Positions 40,570 through 54,285 of a stretch of 64,000 bases of DNA are shown in pieces. The stretch comes from Vicugna vicugna. Its lineage: Eukaryota. Made by a program: the position numbers and the translations under genes. The DNA lies in contig MU058037.1 in the NCBI GenBank assembly GCA_013265495.1, positions 745,498 through 809,497 on the forward strand, written 5' to 3'. Position 1 is the stretch's first letter. Every line of letters starts with the position of its first letter. The notes beneath the pieces are model-generated. The model was not told where the DNA came from. It made no database searches and saw only the letters and a program-made list of their open reading frames with translations.

Positions 40570-41140
40570 AAATTTTTTTATTGAAGTATTGTCACTTACA
40601 ATGTGTCAATTTCTGGTGCACAGCATACCATCCCAGTCATGCATGTATATATACATATATTCATTTTCATATTCTTTTTCATTAAAGATTATTATAAGAT
40701 ATTGAATATAGTTCCCTGTGCTATACAGAAGACATTTGTTTCTTATCTATATTTATATACAGTTGTTAATATTTACAAATCTCAAACTCCCAATGTGTCC
40801 CCTCCCACCTCCTTTCCCCAATAACCGTAAGTTTGTTTACTATGTCTTCAAGTCTGTTTCTGTTTTATAGATGAGTTCATTAGTGCCCTGTTTTTTTTCT
40901 CTAGATTACACATATGAGTGATACCACATGATATTTTTTTTTCTCTTTCTGGCTTACTTCACTTAGAATGATGATCTCCAGGTCCATCCATGTTGCTGCA
41001 AATGGCATTATTTTATTCTTTTTTATGGCTGAGTAGTATTCCATTGCATAAATATACAACTTCTTTATCCAGCCATGTCTATGGACATTTGGGCTGCTTC
41101 CATGTCTTGGCTACTATATATAGAGCTTCTATGAACACTG
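40570..41140 (-). mobile_element. L1 3'-end fragment related to the 35 kb and 48 kb copies
   Basis: Same 3' UTR motifs ('ttctctttctggcttacttcacttagaatga'). Confidence 0.9.
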
Positions 41141-41919
41141 GCTAAATGATGAGTATGTATAGGTTAGGGGGTTGGTGATTTGTCTCTTCAACCTTCATAT
41201 GCATTTAAATATTTCAGGATCAAGTATAACATGGCTAATAAAAAAAGCAAGTCCCAGTTATATTGTACTTAGAAATTAAGCTTTAATATACCATATTCTC
41301 TAGAACTTTTAATTAGATTTATACTTTTAAAATACTTGCCCTATTCTGTTAAGAAAATGGCATTTGGTGTGGAAAGAATGACAAAATGCAAATGGTGAGA
41401 AAGCATAAACCTTGTTGAGTGTTTATGAGTATGCTTGTCTGTCTAGGGCAGAGGATTTGCATGAGGAACAGGTGGAAGATTATAAAGAGAATTTAGAGAC
41501 AAACTGTGAAATCATTGACTTTCAAAATTCAAAGACTCTGAAAGATCATTTATTTATACCTTTTCTCTGGTGCACAAACTCCCTCTCCAGCAGCACTAAT
41601 AAGCAATCATCTAGTCTGTTACACCTCCCATGTCAGCGACTGCATGACTTCAAAGCCTTCTTTGTTTGACAGCTGCAATGACTAAAATGTCTTCCTTGTG
41701 TCAGAACTGAAACTTCTACCATTGGTCTTAGTTTTGCCTCTGGAATACCAAAGAGTCCTTTTTCTAAGTCAATTCTTTTGAAGGTTGAAAGTGATTAAAA
41801 AGAATACTCTGACACACTCATGTGATTTATGACAGTCAAATTCCATAACCTATGACAATTTGCTCTTCAGCCAGAAGGGAAGTATGTATGCTTCATATAA
41901 ACATTAACAAACACATATA

Positions 41920-42100
41920 TTTTTTTAATGTGTCAGGCACTCTAATTTACATATACTAATTTATTAATCCTCACAACCTTTCTATGAGGTAGGTACTATC
42001 ATAATCACCATGTTTTCAAATGAGGAAACTGAGGTACAAAGAGGTTAAGTAACTTAGCCAAGGTTACATAGCCAGTGAATGATAGAGTTGGACCTTCAAG
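41920..42100 (-). mobile_element. MIR SINE
   Basis: 'aatcctcacaacc...atgaggaaactgaggtacaaagaggttaagtaacttagccaagg' is the MIR core. Confidence 0.9.
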
Positions 42101-42827
42101 ATAGCAAACTCCAATACAAATGACTTCTTGACTGACCCATTTCAAGTGTCTTTGCATTTAAATAGGGAACCAGCAGATAGAAAGAGAGGAAAACACTGAA
42201 ACTAGAAAAATCCATCAGTGGATTTTCAAAAATTGACCTTAGTGCTCTATTTCTCATTTTCAGGTTACAATTAATCTCATTCTTCCACTTTATATATGAC
42301 TTCATAACTTTGTTGTCTTTCGAGTGATATTTCTGTTTAATTTCTTATATCTGACTCCAGAATAACAGAGCATTGGGCATGCTGCTTTACTGTGTTTTAG
42401 GCATCTTGTGCATTAGTCTCTCTTTTTTTTTTTTCAAAATCAATAATTAAATACTTATATTATGCAAAAACCTTATATCTTAGTAGTTTCATTTTAGGAA
42501 ATGATGTTTTAGAGCATAGAATATGTTCTTTCTCCAGATATATCTGAGTCAGTTTTAATGGTTACATTTGCATTTTCATCCCTATCTCTATAAAGTGTCA
42601 GCATTTGTGCAAAAAAGGACATCACCATTTTCTAATGTTTTAAATCATCGATATACATTGGAGATAGTCTTGAAGTTTGAATCTTCTAAATCCCAGTATA
42701 GCAATATACTGAGATAGGTTCCAAAAAGGTAGACAGTCTCATTCACTGAAAGAAGTAATTTGTCTAATTTTAAGTAAGATTCTACCCTCTCAAACTCAAA
42801 ATACTGGTACAGTGGGCACACTGCTCA

Positions 42828-43272
42828 TGTTAGGGTGTGTGTATATGCAGTAGGCTCTGTCAGAACCCTTCTCATATGCCTTTGTGTTTACAGTTCCTGA
42901 AACCACAACTCTATTTCAGGGATTTCTCTGCCCACAGTAGTATGCTTAGCTCAAGTACACGGTTAGTTGGAAGGGCTGGGAAGTTGTCATTGATTAACCT
43001 CTTAACCAGTAACAAACTAGAATTGGTGGATAAATATGTTCTTTGCTGCTCAGGTGGGGAAATGCTGAGACATGTTCTACACTGTCTCCCAGAGGTCCTC
43101 TGTAGGATTGAGCCCCCAGTTGCCCACAGTGGTAATCACTCATTAACATGTTATGTATTGGCTGCTTTCACTTTTCTTTCTCACCTCTCTACTCCTTCCT
43201 GGTAATCACCTCCTAAATGTGTGCTCAAACCCTTGTCTGACGGTCTTAGTTAATGGGGAATCCAGGCAGATA
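42828..43272 (+). mobile_element. ERVL LTR16-like solo LTR
   Basis: 'ctcccagaggtcctctgtaggattgagcccccagttgcccacagtggtaa...ctcaaacccttgtct'. Confidence 0.75.
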
Positions 43273-43901
43273 CTCTTTTTACACAAGGAAGCGCCATATA
43301 GGCAGAGTTATCTAGAGAGACCACTGCCCTTGGAGACAATGCCATCTCAGTTTTTCTTCCTGGCACTTGGTAACATATTTGTGACTATGTGTATTATCTT
43401 TATAGGTGTGTCCTCTCTCTTGGGGTCATCTGTCATTACAATGCAAATTTTTCTTTGTTTTCTCTACTTAAAAAAAAATCTTCTTTTGTCTGACTCAAAT
43501 CACAGGAGCGCTACTTGGCAGGCCTAGATTTCTGGGCATACAGTGATAAGATAGGCATGAGTCCTTGTTGTCCTCCTTATTTTTCCTATTATAATCAGCT
43601 CACCCCTGAAACTGACCCTTCCCTCACACTTGTCTGTGTTAAAATTAAGTTCTGTCAGGTAAGCCACACAAATAAGTCCTAAACAATTCAGTCCCCTACC
43701 TTCACAGACAGACTCCCAGCTTTAGACCTCACCATTCCTTGAAAACCTCAGTTCCTACACCAGCCCCTCAAATCTCTGTGTACCCTCACTCTCTCTGTTT
43801 TGGTCTGTCATCTACCCTGCTGCCAGAGTATTTTTCAATATTGTAAATTTGATTGGGTTACATTTTTGTCTTAGAATCCTTCAGGGGTTCTGTATTACCT
43901 T

Positions 43902-44425
43902 TCTTACCAGAGATTGTAGGTTCTTGTCTCATGAAGGAAAGAATTCAAGAGCAAGCCATAGTAAAGTGAAAATAGATTTCTTTAGGGAAATACACACTCC
44001 GTATAGACAGAGTGCAGGTCACCTCAGATAGCAAGAGAGGCAGCCCCAGAACATGGGGTCATCTAGGAAAGTGAAAGTGGCCATGAGGTGTGGGGATGAT
44101 TAGTTTTTATGGGATGGGTAATTTTATAAGCTGAGTAGGAAGTTTATTCTAATTCTTTTGGGAAAGGAATGGGGATTACCAGGAATTGGAGTCCCGTCCA
44201 CTTTTTGGCCTTTAATGATCAGTCTGGAAACTGTCATGGTGCCTATAGGTGTGTCATGTAGCATGCTAATGTATTACAATGAGCCTATAATGAGGCTTAA
44301 GGTCTACCGGAAGTCGAATCATCCACCATCTTGGGCCAAGTTGCTTCTAACCAGTTTATGTCCTATCCTCAATTGCTGTGTCATTCTTTTAATGTTTTTG
44401 CCTTGCCCCCTTCCCTCCTATCTCA
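43902..44425 (-). mobile_element. ERV1-class (MER41-like) solo LTR
   Basis: 4 bp TSD cctt at 43898-43901 and 44426-44429. Ends '...cctatctca'. Internal motifs resemble MER41-type LTRs. Confidence 0.75.
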
Positions 44426-45548
44426 CCTTGAGAACTGTCCCTACTCTTTAACATGGAACACAACATTCTTCATTATCTGGCTCCCAACCACCTCTGCAGA
44501 CATGTCTCTGTCCACACTCAGCATTCATTCTGCCATCCAGGCACAGTGAGCCATTTGCAGTTCCCTGAACACATGGTGACAGGACCAAGTATGCCTGAGT
44601 CTGAAGTCTGTTCTGTTTCCCCCTACTCCAGGATGCCTCCCATGCATGATTTCCCAAATGCAGCTTTAAGCAAAAATTTCCTGGGACTGAGAATGAGAAG
44701 GAAGGGAATATTATTTCAAACCCTGTACAAAATAATTGTAGATACTTCACTTGGGAATTTCTAAGTGCAATAGAAATCTGGGTGAGCAGGTAAAATAGCT
44801 ACATAAATAAAATGCACACCTTTTAGGTCACATCAGGAGATTGCCTTGAGGTTTAAATGGCTGAGATCATTTTCACGTTCCTCACAGCTAGCCATCTATA
44901 ATTAAACAGCAGCGCCAGTCGGCACACATTCATCATCTCCAAAGAAAAGGAAAGTCACCTCCATAAATCTCAAAAGATGGGATATTAAAAGTTTGTTTTT
45001 ATACTAGCTAATACACAATCATTTGTGTTAACATCTGCTTAATCTGAATCCATGTCCCAAGATTCAGGATTTACTCATGTAATAAAGAAAACCTGCTAGT
45101 TTTTTCTTTGCTAAAAGCAAAGAACAATAAACTAATAATTTAAATGATTTTTAAACTTAAACAAGTTGGATTCTGAGTGGCATTAGTAAATTCACTATGT
45201 ATTATAGAGGGAACCAATCAGTTTATCACAAACACTTTTTAATGTTCCATCCCAATTCATACCTTTACCTCATGCAATTCTCCCTCTCATTCGCTTAATG
45301 GATTACTGAAGAATAACTCTACTAAACAGAATTCCCCTTCTGAAGTGCTCTGTGTAATTTCATCAGATTCTCTTATAATTCTCTCTTTCTACCTTCTATT
45401 ACCTTAAGTACCAAAAAACATCCTTTCTTCCTGAGATAATAAAGCTCATGAAGTATCAAATTCCTAGAAAGAAACAGAGGACAACCCATTCTGCTTTACT
45501 TCTTCCTTAGTCAGTTTTCAGGAAATGACTCTATATACGGTTATCTAG

Positions 45549-45710
45549 GCCTGGAGTTGGCACACTTTTTCTGTAAAAGGCCAGAGAGTAAATATTTTAG
45601 GCTTTGTAGGCCATCCAGTCTCTGTTCAAACTACCCAGCTCCACCACTGTAGTACGAAAGCAGACATAGACAAGATGTAAAGGACTGAGCCATAGTCTGC
45701 TGATCTCTAA
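45549..45710 (+). mobile_element. MER58A-like MITE with an internal deletion
   Basis: 'tttttctgtaaaaggccagagagtaaatattttaggctttgtaggcca'. Homologous to 4859-5082. Confidence 0.8.
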
Positions 45711-46059
45711 GCAGCCCCTTAAATCCTCTCTGACATTCTCTTAGGACAGTAACAAAAGGATTATTTGATTTGTTTTAATACAAGTTTGTTGAGCAAAACA
45801 CATGGAAATAGCCCTCTTTCTCTGAGGACTCCCAACTCAAAATCAGATAAGTTAAGTATACTAATACCAGATATGTCTACATCATTTGAAATGATTAGAA
45901 ACAGGACAATAAGGAGATTGAAGTATATAACGTCAATTGCAGTTTGAAGAGAAAATAGGTTTAGAGACAGGGTAGAGATTGGGAAAAACAATTCTGGCTA
46001 TTTTCTGTCGAGACTGAATGGGAATGTATGTTAGTTCAGTTAATTTGGAAAAGTGGAAC

Positions 46060-46230
46060 AAGTATGAGATCAGATTCCAAGGCTGAGTTCTTCCAGTTAC
46101 CATTGGCCATCAGAATTTGAAGAAGTCATAATATCTCTCAGACCTCCATTTTTTTTTAATCTATAAAATGTAGACAATACCTATCCCGATGTCTCTCTCA
46201 AGGTTGTTGAAAGACTGTATATGTGGAAAC
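46060..46230 (+). mobile_element. MIR SINE (degraded)
   Basis: 'aagtcataatatctctcagacctccatttt...atctataaaatgtagacaatacc'. Confidence 0.6.
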
Positions 46231-48045
46231 TCTCTTTAAGAAGTAATTTTCAGCTACAAATGCTCACTTTAAATACTCAAAGTGTGGAGGAATCTATAGA
46301 TCTGATGATTCTTTTGAAGAATTTTACTTAAATGTTATGGATGCCCTTTGATCATTTTAGTTGCCATTTTCTTGGACTTTTCTCTTTTTTTTTACATCTT
46401 TCTACAAGAACAGTGACCAGAAGTAAAACACATAATACAAACTTTTATTTCTAAATAGCAGGATATTTTAGGGATTTCAAGGTTTTTAAAAGTGGTGCCC
46501 AAAGTCAGTTTGTTGTCATTCATGCTAAATAGGAAGAAATGGAAGGAGTCACCTTAAAGCTACTATCCAGATAGCTGTTTCTGCGTGAAAGAAGTCAAGA
46601 AAGGGGAAAGACTATGAAATGAGGCATCATCTCTCTGTCTACTGTCACTTTAAGCCTTATTAGCCAAAACTATTGAGCTGTGGAAAGGTCAATTTCTGGT
46701 ACATAATAGTTGCTAAAAAGAAAGTTGCATGAAGGTCTGGAGGTACGAATAATAACCTGATCATTTAATATCTATGCTAGGATTAGTTGACTAAGAACAA
46801 GAACAATTTAAAATTGTAAATTTGGACTACTTGAGGGGAAGGGCATAAACTAGACAGTAGTGGTACCCAGGGGTTTTGCCACTCACCTTATTGCTAAACA
46901 TATTTGACCACACTGGACCCCACAGATTTTGGCCGGTGTTTTCATCTGATAGAGAAGATACATGACTCAGCCAAAATACTTAGATCATTGGTGGTGAAGC
47001 CAGGACTTGAACCAAGCTAGGTTGATTGAAATCCTGATTAAGTGAACCATTCATTCATGCCTCACACATTTACGTTGGTTAAGTCTGAAGCAAATATTTC
47101 AGCAATTTTCTCTGCTATGTTTTTTTTAATCCTGAGTGCCTCTTGTTTATTATACAACCTCAGTGATTATCTCAGCATATCATTAAAGACATCGCATTCA
47201 AGGGTCTCTTGAAATTATTTTTTTGGTTCATCTAATTTCTGGTTCACTCACACCTGCAACCAATTCTGAGCCTTCATGTTCTTCATGTGAAGAAATCTTT
47301 TAAAAAGAAAAAAAAAATGAACATTTTCAGTTGAATTTTTCTCTCACCAATGACCTTTTTTGAAGTGGAGAAATTTCATTTAATATTAATTCCTCAGCTC
47401 AAAACAAGATTCTGATGTTACACCCTTATAAGCAGACAGTCCATTTTAGTACAGATTACTGAACTAAAACATAAAATGCAGGGAGACAGTCTTATAGAAA
47501 ACTTCAGTCCCACCCTCGGTTCATCTATATCTAGAAAAGGCAGGTACAGTAAATACTAATGGAAGACTACTAAGATTCCACTAACAGAAGACTGTTTAGA
47601 CTTACATGAATTCTATTTCCCTTTTGTTTAATCATATGCATTAGTGGTGTATGTGAGAAAATGCAAGGCAGTCTTTATTTTGAAATGTGATAAATGGATC
47701 TAAATAGAAATATTTTATGTCTGCCAGTCCTCACATCCTAATTCTTAAAGGCAAATCCGTCTTAAATTCTGTTCAATGGTTTTAATAAGTGAAGTACCGA
47801 AATGACATAACTATGAAACAATACCATATATAAAACTGTAGTTTGAGATCTGAGGTAAGAGACAATCTGAATTCCAACATCTTATAGTCAGTATGTTTAA
47901 ATTTTCTGTCTTTGACATTTCACTGTATATCCACTGTTTTGTCTTATTAAATGGGGGCTCCTTATTTCTCTTACTGAAAACTTTGTCCCAACCTTCTTTT
48001 CTTTCTGTTGGGAGCTGAAGAACTAACAGTTTAGAAGGGCAGCTT

Positions 48046-50056
48046 TTTTTTGTTTTTAACTTTTGGGAAATCCCCTTTTATTTATTTGTTTTTTTGAGTT
48101 ATAGTCAGTTTACAGTGTTTTGTCAATTTCCAGTGTAGAGCACAATTTTTCAGGCATACATTAACATACAAATATTCGTTGTCACATTCTTTTTCACCAT
48201 GAACTACCACAAGATCTTGTATATATTTCCATGTTCTATACAGTATAAACTTGTTTGTCTGTTCTATGTATACCTGTCAGTATCTACAAATTTCAAACTC
48301 CCAGTCTGTCCCTTCCCACCCGCCTCCCCCTTGGCAACCACAAGTTTGTATTCTATGTCTGTGAGTCTGTTTCTGTTTTATATCTAAGTTCATTTGTCAT
48401 TGTCTTTTTTTTTTTTGGATTCCACATATGAGCAATATCATATGGTATTTTTCTTTCTCTTTCTGGCTTACTTCACTTAGAATGACATTCTCCAATGACA
48501 TCCATGTTGCTGCAAATGGCATTATGGTGTCATTTTTATGGCTGAGTAGTATTCCATTGTATAAGTATACCACAACTTCTTTATCCAGTCATCTGTCGAT
48601 GGACATTAGGCTGTTCCCGTGATTTGGCTATTGTAAACAGTGCTGCTATGAACATTGGGGTGCAGGTGTCTTTTGAATTAGGGTTCCTTCCATGCCCAGG
48701 ACTGGGACTGCTGGGTCATATGGTAAGTCTATTCCTAGTCTTTTGAGGAATCTCCATACTGTTTCCCACAATGGCTGCACCAAACTGCATTCCCACCAGC
48801 AGTGTAGGAGGGTTCCCTTTTCTCCACATCCTCTCCAGCATTTGTCATTTGTGGACTTTTGAATGATGGCCATTCTGACTGGTGTGAGGGGATACCTCAT
48901 TGTAGTTTTGATTTGCATTTCTCTGATAATTAGTGATATTGAGCATTTTTTCATGTGCCTATTGGTCATTCATATGTTTTCCTTGGAGAATTGCTTGTTT
49001 AGGTCTTGTGCCCATTTTTGGATTGGGTTGTTTGTTTTTTTCTTATTAAGTCATATGAGCTGTTTATATATTCTGGAGATCAAGCCTTTGTCGTTTTCAT
49101 CTTTTGCAAATATTTTCTCCCATTCTATAGGTTGTCTTTTTGTTTTGCTTATGGTTTCCTTTGCTGTGCAAAAGCTTGTAAGTTTAATTAGGTAGGTCCC
49201 ATTTGTTTATTCTTGCTTTTATTTCTATTGCTTGGGTAGACTGCCCTAGGAGAACATTTTTTGAGATGTATGTGAGAGAATGTTTTGCCTATGTTTTCTT
49301 CTAGGAGGTTTATTGTGTCTTGTCTTATGTTTAGGTGTTTGATCCATTTTGAGTTTATTTTTGTGTATGGTGTAAGGGAATGTTCTAGCTTCATTGATTT
49401 ACATGCTGCTGTCCAGCATTCCCAACACCATTTGCTGAAAAACTGTCTTTATTCTTGCCTCCTTTGTCAAAGATTAATTGACAAAAACTACTAGAACTAA
49501 TAAAAGAATTCAGCAAGGTAACAGGTTACAAGATTAACGTACAAAAATCAGTTGCATTTCTTTACACTAATGATGAATCAATAGGAAAAGAAAGTAAAGA
49601 AACAATCCCTTTTTAAAAAGCTCCCAAAGTAATAAAATACCTAGGAATAAATCTAACCAACGAGGTCAAAGACTTATACACGGAGAACTATAAAACATTG
49701 ATTAAGGAAATTAAAGAAGACTTAAAAAAAAATGAAAAGATAACCCATGCTCCTGGATTGGAAGAATCAATATTGTTAAAATGGTCACACTGCCACAGAT
49801 TTAATCCCTGTCAAATTACCCAGGACATATTTCACAGAACTAGAACAAATCATAACAAAATTTATATGGAATCACAAAAGACCCAGAATTGCCAAAGCAT
49901 TACTGAAGAAAAAGAAAGAAGCTGGAAGAATAACCCTCCCAGACTTTAGACAATACTGCAGAGCTACAGTAATCAAAACAGCATAGTATTGGTACAAAAA
50001 CAGACATATGGACCAGTGGAACAGAATAGAGCCCAGAAGTGAACCCACAAACTTTC
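48046..50056 (-). mobile_element. L1 with a 5' inversion (twin priming): 48046-49482 minus, ~49483-50056 plus
   Basis: TSD agaagggcagctt (48033-48045) and agaagggcatctt (50057-50069). Orientation flips at 'agattaattgac|aaaaactactagaac'. Plus-strand ORF2 fragment '[11 protein letters not shown]'. Confidence 0.95.
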
Positions 50057-51520
50057 AGAAGGGCATCTTCTTCATATCTGTTCATGATAATGTCACAGAT
50101 GTAGTATGACCAGCATAACCTGGGTGGCAAATACTCATATACATCATCTCCATCTTGATTGCAGTGTATTTCAGCAGCTTAAAAGCATATTAAAATTATA
50201 ATTATCTTTGTCACCCCCAGATATTCTGCTGCTTACTGAAGAATGCATTACCAGTGATGAAGGACTCTTATTTTACTCTTCCTTGCATGATACACTGGGG
50301 AGATTATTTCTGAGTGAGTGAAAGAGCTGCCAGACACCATCTCCTGGAAATGCCTGGTAAGAGAAAAGCAGCAAACTTTGAAAAAGAGATCTGCCATCCT
50401 GCATCAAATCAGCCACCCCCAACCTGGGCTCCTCATACTGACTCGGTAAGTTCGTTCTACTGGCAAATCATACACCATAATTAACTGTCCTTAATTCTGA
50501 TGAACATTTTATGGGCCTACAGGGTCTGGAGAGAAAATCGTTAGCTTCGTTGACTAATTTTCAGCAACAGTTCATTCAACAGAGCACTAATAGGTCAGCC
50601 TTGGTTTGAAGTATAGGGATATGATATTAATTGGCTTCTTCTAACAGGGTTGAGGATGCTAAATGGCAAAGACCATCTATAGCTCTGGAAAGGACACACT
50701 TGAAAAATGCTTTGTGAAGGTAAATTATAAAACAAGAAAATTTTTTTTCCATTCAGTCTATAAAATATTTTGTTTCTTTTGTCATTATTTGATTCTTCCC
50801 TTCAGAGACTAAAACTTCTATGCAAAATACTGTTTTGTGTGACGTATAGAAATAGTGAAGCTAGGTGCTCTTTGACCAAGTCTTTTAGATTTTTGACTTG
50901 GAGGCACAGTTTAGGAATACTGAATATGTGTAGAAATAAAAATTGTACATGTGTATGTGTGTATATTTGTGTATATTTATATCCTAGCAGAACCCCAAAT
51001 AAGTGAAATTTCTTGGGCAAAATCACTTGATAAAAAGATGAAGTGAAAGCGGTCTTCATGGCTGTTATTTATTAGATGTGTCTGAAAAAATTAAAAACAA
51101 ATTAAATAGCATTTATTCAACGCTTTGAATTAGAGTACAGGAGAAATCTCCTACTGAGTAAAAATACATCTGAATTTTATGTACTGCAGTACCGAAGTAC
51201 CTCAAGAATGGAGGATTTAGTTAATTTAATTTTCCTGCTAATTAAAATTTAAATCTAGTCCCCCTTTATTCTAATTTTCTTATTGTTGAAATGTCTTTTG
51301 AAATAAAATGAAATATTTTCTTACCTTAGTAAGTTGAGTATAGGATATATAATTGAATCATAGATCATTTAGGATTTTCACTAGGGTCATTCAGAAGATC
51401 AATTCTCATGCTGTAATGCAATAGAGGTAGGGATAGAGGGCAGGTTTAATTGAATAGAATTTTTTTTTTAATTGAGTAGAAATTTTACTTTGACCTTAGG
51501 ACCATTAGACTTGAGCGCAC

Positions 51521-51634
51521 ACTCTCTCTCTGTCTCTCTCTCTGTCTCTCTGTCTCTTTCTCTGTCTCTTTCTCTCTCTTCCTCCCCTCTCCCTGCTCCC
51601 TCTCCCTCTCATCCTCCTTCCCTCTCCTTTCTCT
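51521..51634. repeat. (CT)n-rich polypyrimidine low-complexity tract
   Basis: Direct reading. Confidence 0.9.
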
Positions 51635-52639
51635 GAAATAAACTTGTTTCACTTGCCTTCCCCTCTGGTTTCTATTAATGGATTATTAAAAAGACCTTTA
51701 ATTAAAAGTTTCTTTTAAGACTATTTTAAATTAATAAAAACAGCAATTTTGTAATTCCTGAGGAAAATATTTCTTTGTCTCAATATCCACATAAAATAAG
51801 TCAAACAGCCAGGGTTTGAATCTGTCGTTCATTTCAGGGAACAGTAATTCAGCCCACTGCACTGAACGTATAACTGGAAATCTAATCATCTGTAAGATCC
51901 TTTCTAACTGTAACAATCAGGGTCCAGGATCAAATGCTAAGCTCCATCTTTTTACCTAATAGAATTCAGATTTCTATGGGATTAATGAGGTTTTCATTTC
52001 TCTGTCTCCTGAAAGAGTAAATGATCTAGTTCAGATTCAGTATCATGGCACTGAGCTAATATCCCTCTGCCCCTGACTGAAAACACACAGAAATTCTTAA
52101 TAGAATATGAAGCAAAATAAATATACCATCATATCAGGATATTTAACACAACTATAAGAAACTGGTAGCTGAAGATAATAAAATTAATAAACACATAAAA
52201 TATTTGACTAGAAATTTAAGATTTGATTTAAATTATACATGTAGAGCCCTGAATGGAGTCTAGATGTATATTTTGACCAAGTTTATTTCCAAAATACGTT
52301 GAACATTTGAAGCCAAAGAAAGTCTTGAGAATTTTACCCCAAATTATAAAAACAAAATATTATAAAACAAAATAAAATCTCTGACTATAAGTCACTTAAC
52401 TTTAAAAATAACAATAAAAAATAGTCACAAAAAAGACTGACATATTTGGAAACTAAACTGTGCATTCTAAAGTCATTTAAATTAAGAGAAAATCAGAATA
52501 AGAAGTCTGTAAATGTATACAACCAAATCACAATGAAAATCCTCCATAGTAACAGTTGTAAAAGGCAAATAAAATAATACTTAAGTGAATTTGTAGCTTT
52601 ACATATGCTTATTTTTTAAAGCTTTCAAAAATAAGAATT

Positions 52640-54285
52640 CAGAATTTTTTATTGAGGTAGAAATGACATATAACATTATATAATTTTCAGGTGTACAACA
52701 TGGTTTGACATTCGTATATACTGTGAAATGATCACCACAGTAAGTGAAGTTAACATCCATTACTGTATATATTTAGGCAAAAAACATTTTTTTGTGATAA
52801 GGACTTTTAAGGTCTACTCTCTCAGCAACTTTCAAATGAGATACAGTATTATTAACTGTAGTGACCATGTTGTACATTACATCCCCATGTCTTATTTATT
52901 TTATAACAGGAAGTTCGTACCTTTTGACCCTCTTCACCAATTGTACCCACACCCACTCTCTACCTCCAGCAACCACTAATCTCTTCTGTTTCTATGAGCT
53001 TTTTTTTTTTTGGTTTTTGATTCCATTTATAAATGAGATCATACAGTATTTGTCTTTCTTTGTCTGACTTATTTCACTTAGCATAATACTATCAGTGTCC
53101 ATCCATGTTGTTGCAAATGGTAAGATTTCCTCATTTTTAAAATGGCTAAATAATATTCTGTTACACATATATACCACAACTTCTCTATCCATTCATCTAT
53201 CGATCTTTGTTTCCATGTCTTGGCTATTGTACATGATGCTGCTATGAAAATGTGATGTATTTTTTGGAGTTAGTATTTTCATTTCCTCTGGATATGTTCC
53301 CAGGAGAGGAATTGCTGATCATATGGTAGTGTTTAGTTCTATTTTTAATTTTGGGGGCTCATCCATATTCTTTTCCACAGTGGCTGTCCCAGTTTACAGT
53401 CCCTTCAAAAGTGCACAAAGGTTCCCTTTTGTCCACGTCCTTACCAGCATTTGTTATCTAGTATCTTATTGATGAAAGCTATTCTAACAGATATGAAGTG
53501 ATACCTCATTGTGGTTTTGATTGACATTTCCCTTATGACAGGTGATGCTGAACATATTTTCACGTACCTATTGGCCATTTGTATATCTTCTTTAGAAAAT
53601 AATTTATTCAGGTAATTTGTCCATTTTTAATTGGAATATTTTGGTATTTTTCTTTGATATTGAGTTGTGTCATCTTTATATATTTTGAATGTTGACCCTT
53701 ATCAGATAGTTTGCAGATATTTTTTCTCATTCTGAAGTTGTCTTTTCACTTTGTTGATTGTTTCTTCTGCTGTGTTTGACATAGTCTTACTTTTTTGTTT
53801 TTTACTTTGTTACTTTTGCTTTAGGTGTTGTAAGCAAAAAATCATTATCAAGAGCCACGTTAAAAAGCTTTTTTCATGTTTTCTTCTATTAGTTTCATGG
53901 CTTCAGGTCTTATATTTAAGTCTTTAATAATAATTTTGATTTAAATTTTAGAAATGGTGTAAGATAGGGATCTAGTTTATTTGCCTAAGTTGAACCATCC
54001 TTGCATCCCAAGGATAAATCCCACTTGGTCATGGTGTGTAATCCTTTTAATGTGTTCTTGAATTTGGTTTGCTGATACTTTGTTGAGAAATTTTGCACCT
54101 GTATTCATTAGGAACATTGGTCTATCGTTTTCTTTTCTAGTGATGTCTTTATCTGGTTTGGGTATGAAGGTTATACTGGCCTCATAGAATGGGTTTGGAA
54201 GTGTCCCCTCCTCAATATTTTGAGTTTGGGTAGGATTGATATTAATACTTTAAATATTTGGTAGAATTCATGGGTGAAGCCATTA
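52640..54285 (-). mobile_element. L1 (L1MA-like) 3' portion with an internal ORF2 discontinuity at ~53979
   Basis: 3' UTR/ORF2 motifs ('EEILPFATTWMD'). After 'gggatctagttt' the sequence jumps to the RT-region motif 'gttgaaccatccttgcatccc'. Confidence 0.9.

Noticed and set aside
35051..50069. The 13 kb-spaced identity as a segmental duplication
   Set aside because: Identity is confined to ~1 kb inside the L1s. Flanks and TSDs are unrelated.
50221..50356. Plus-strand exon candidate (cccccAG ... CTG|GTAAGA), plus isolated donors near 28897, 30862, 38965 and 47854
   Set aside because: No recognisable protein or consistent exon chain. Such motifs are expected by chance in 64 kb.
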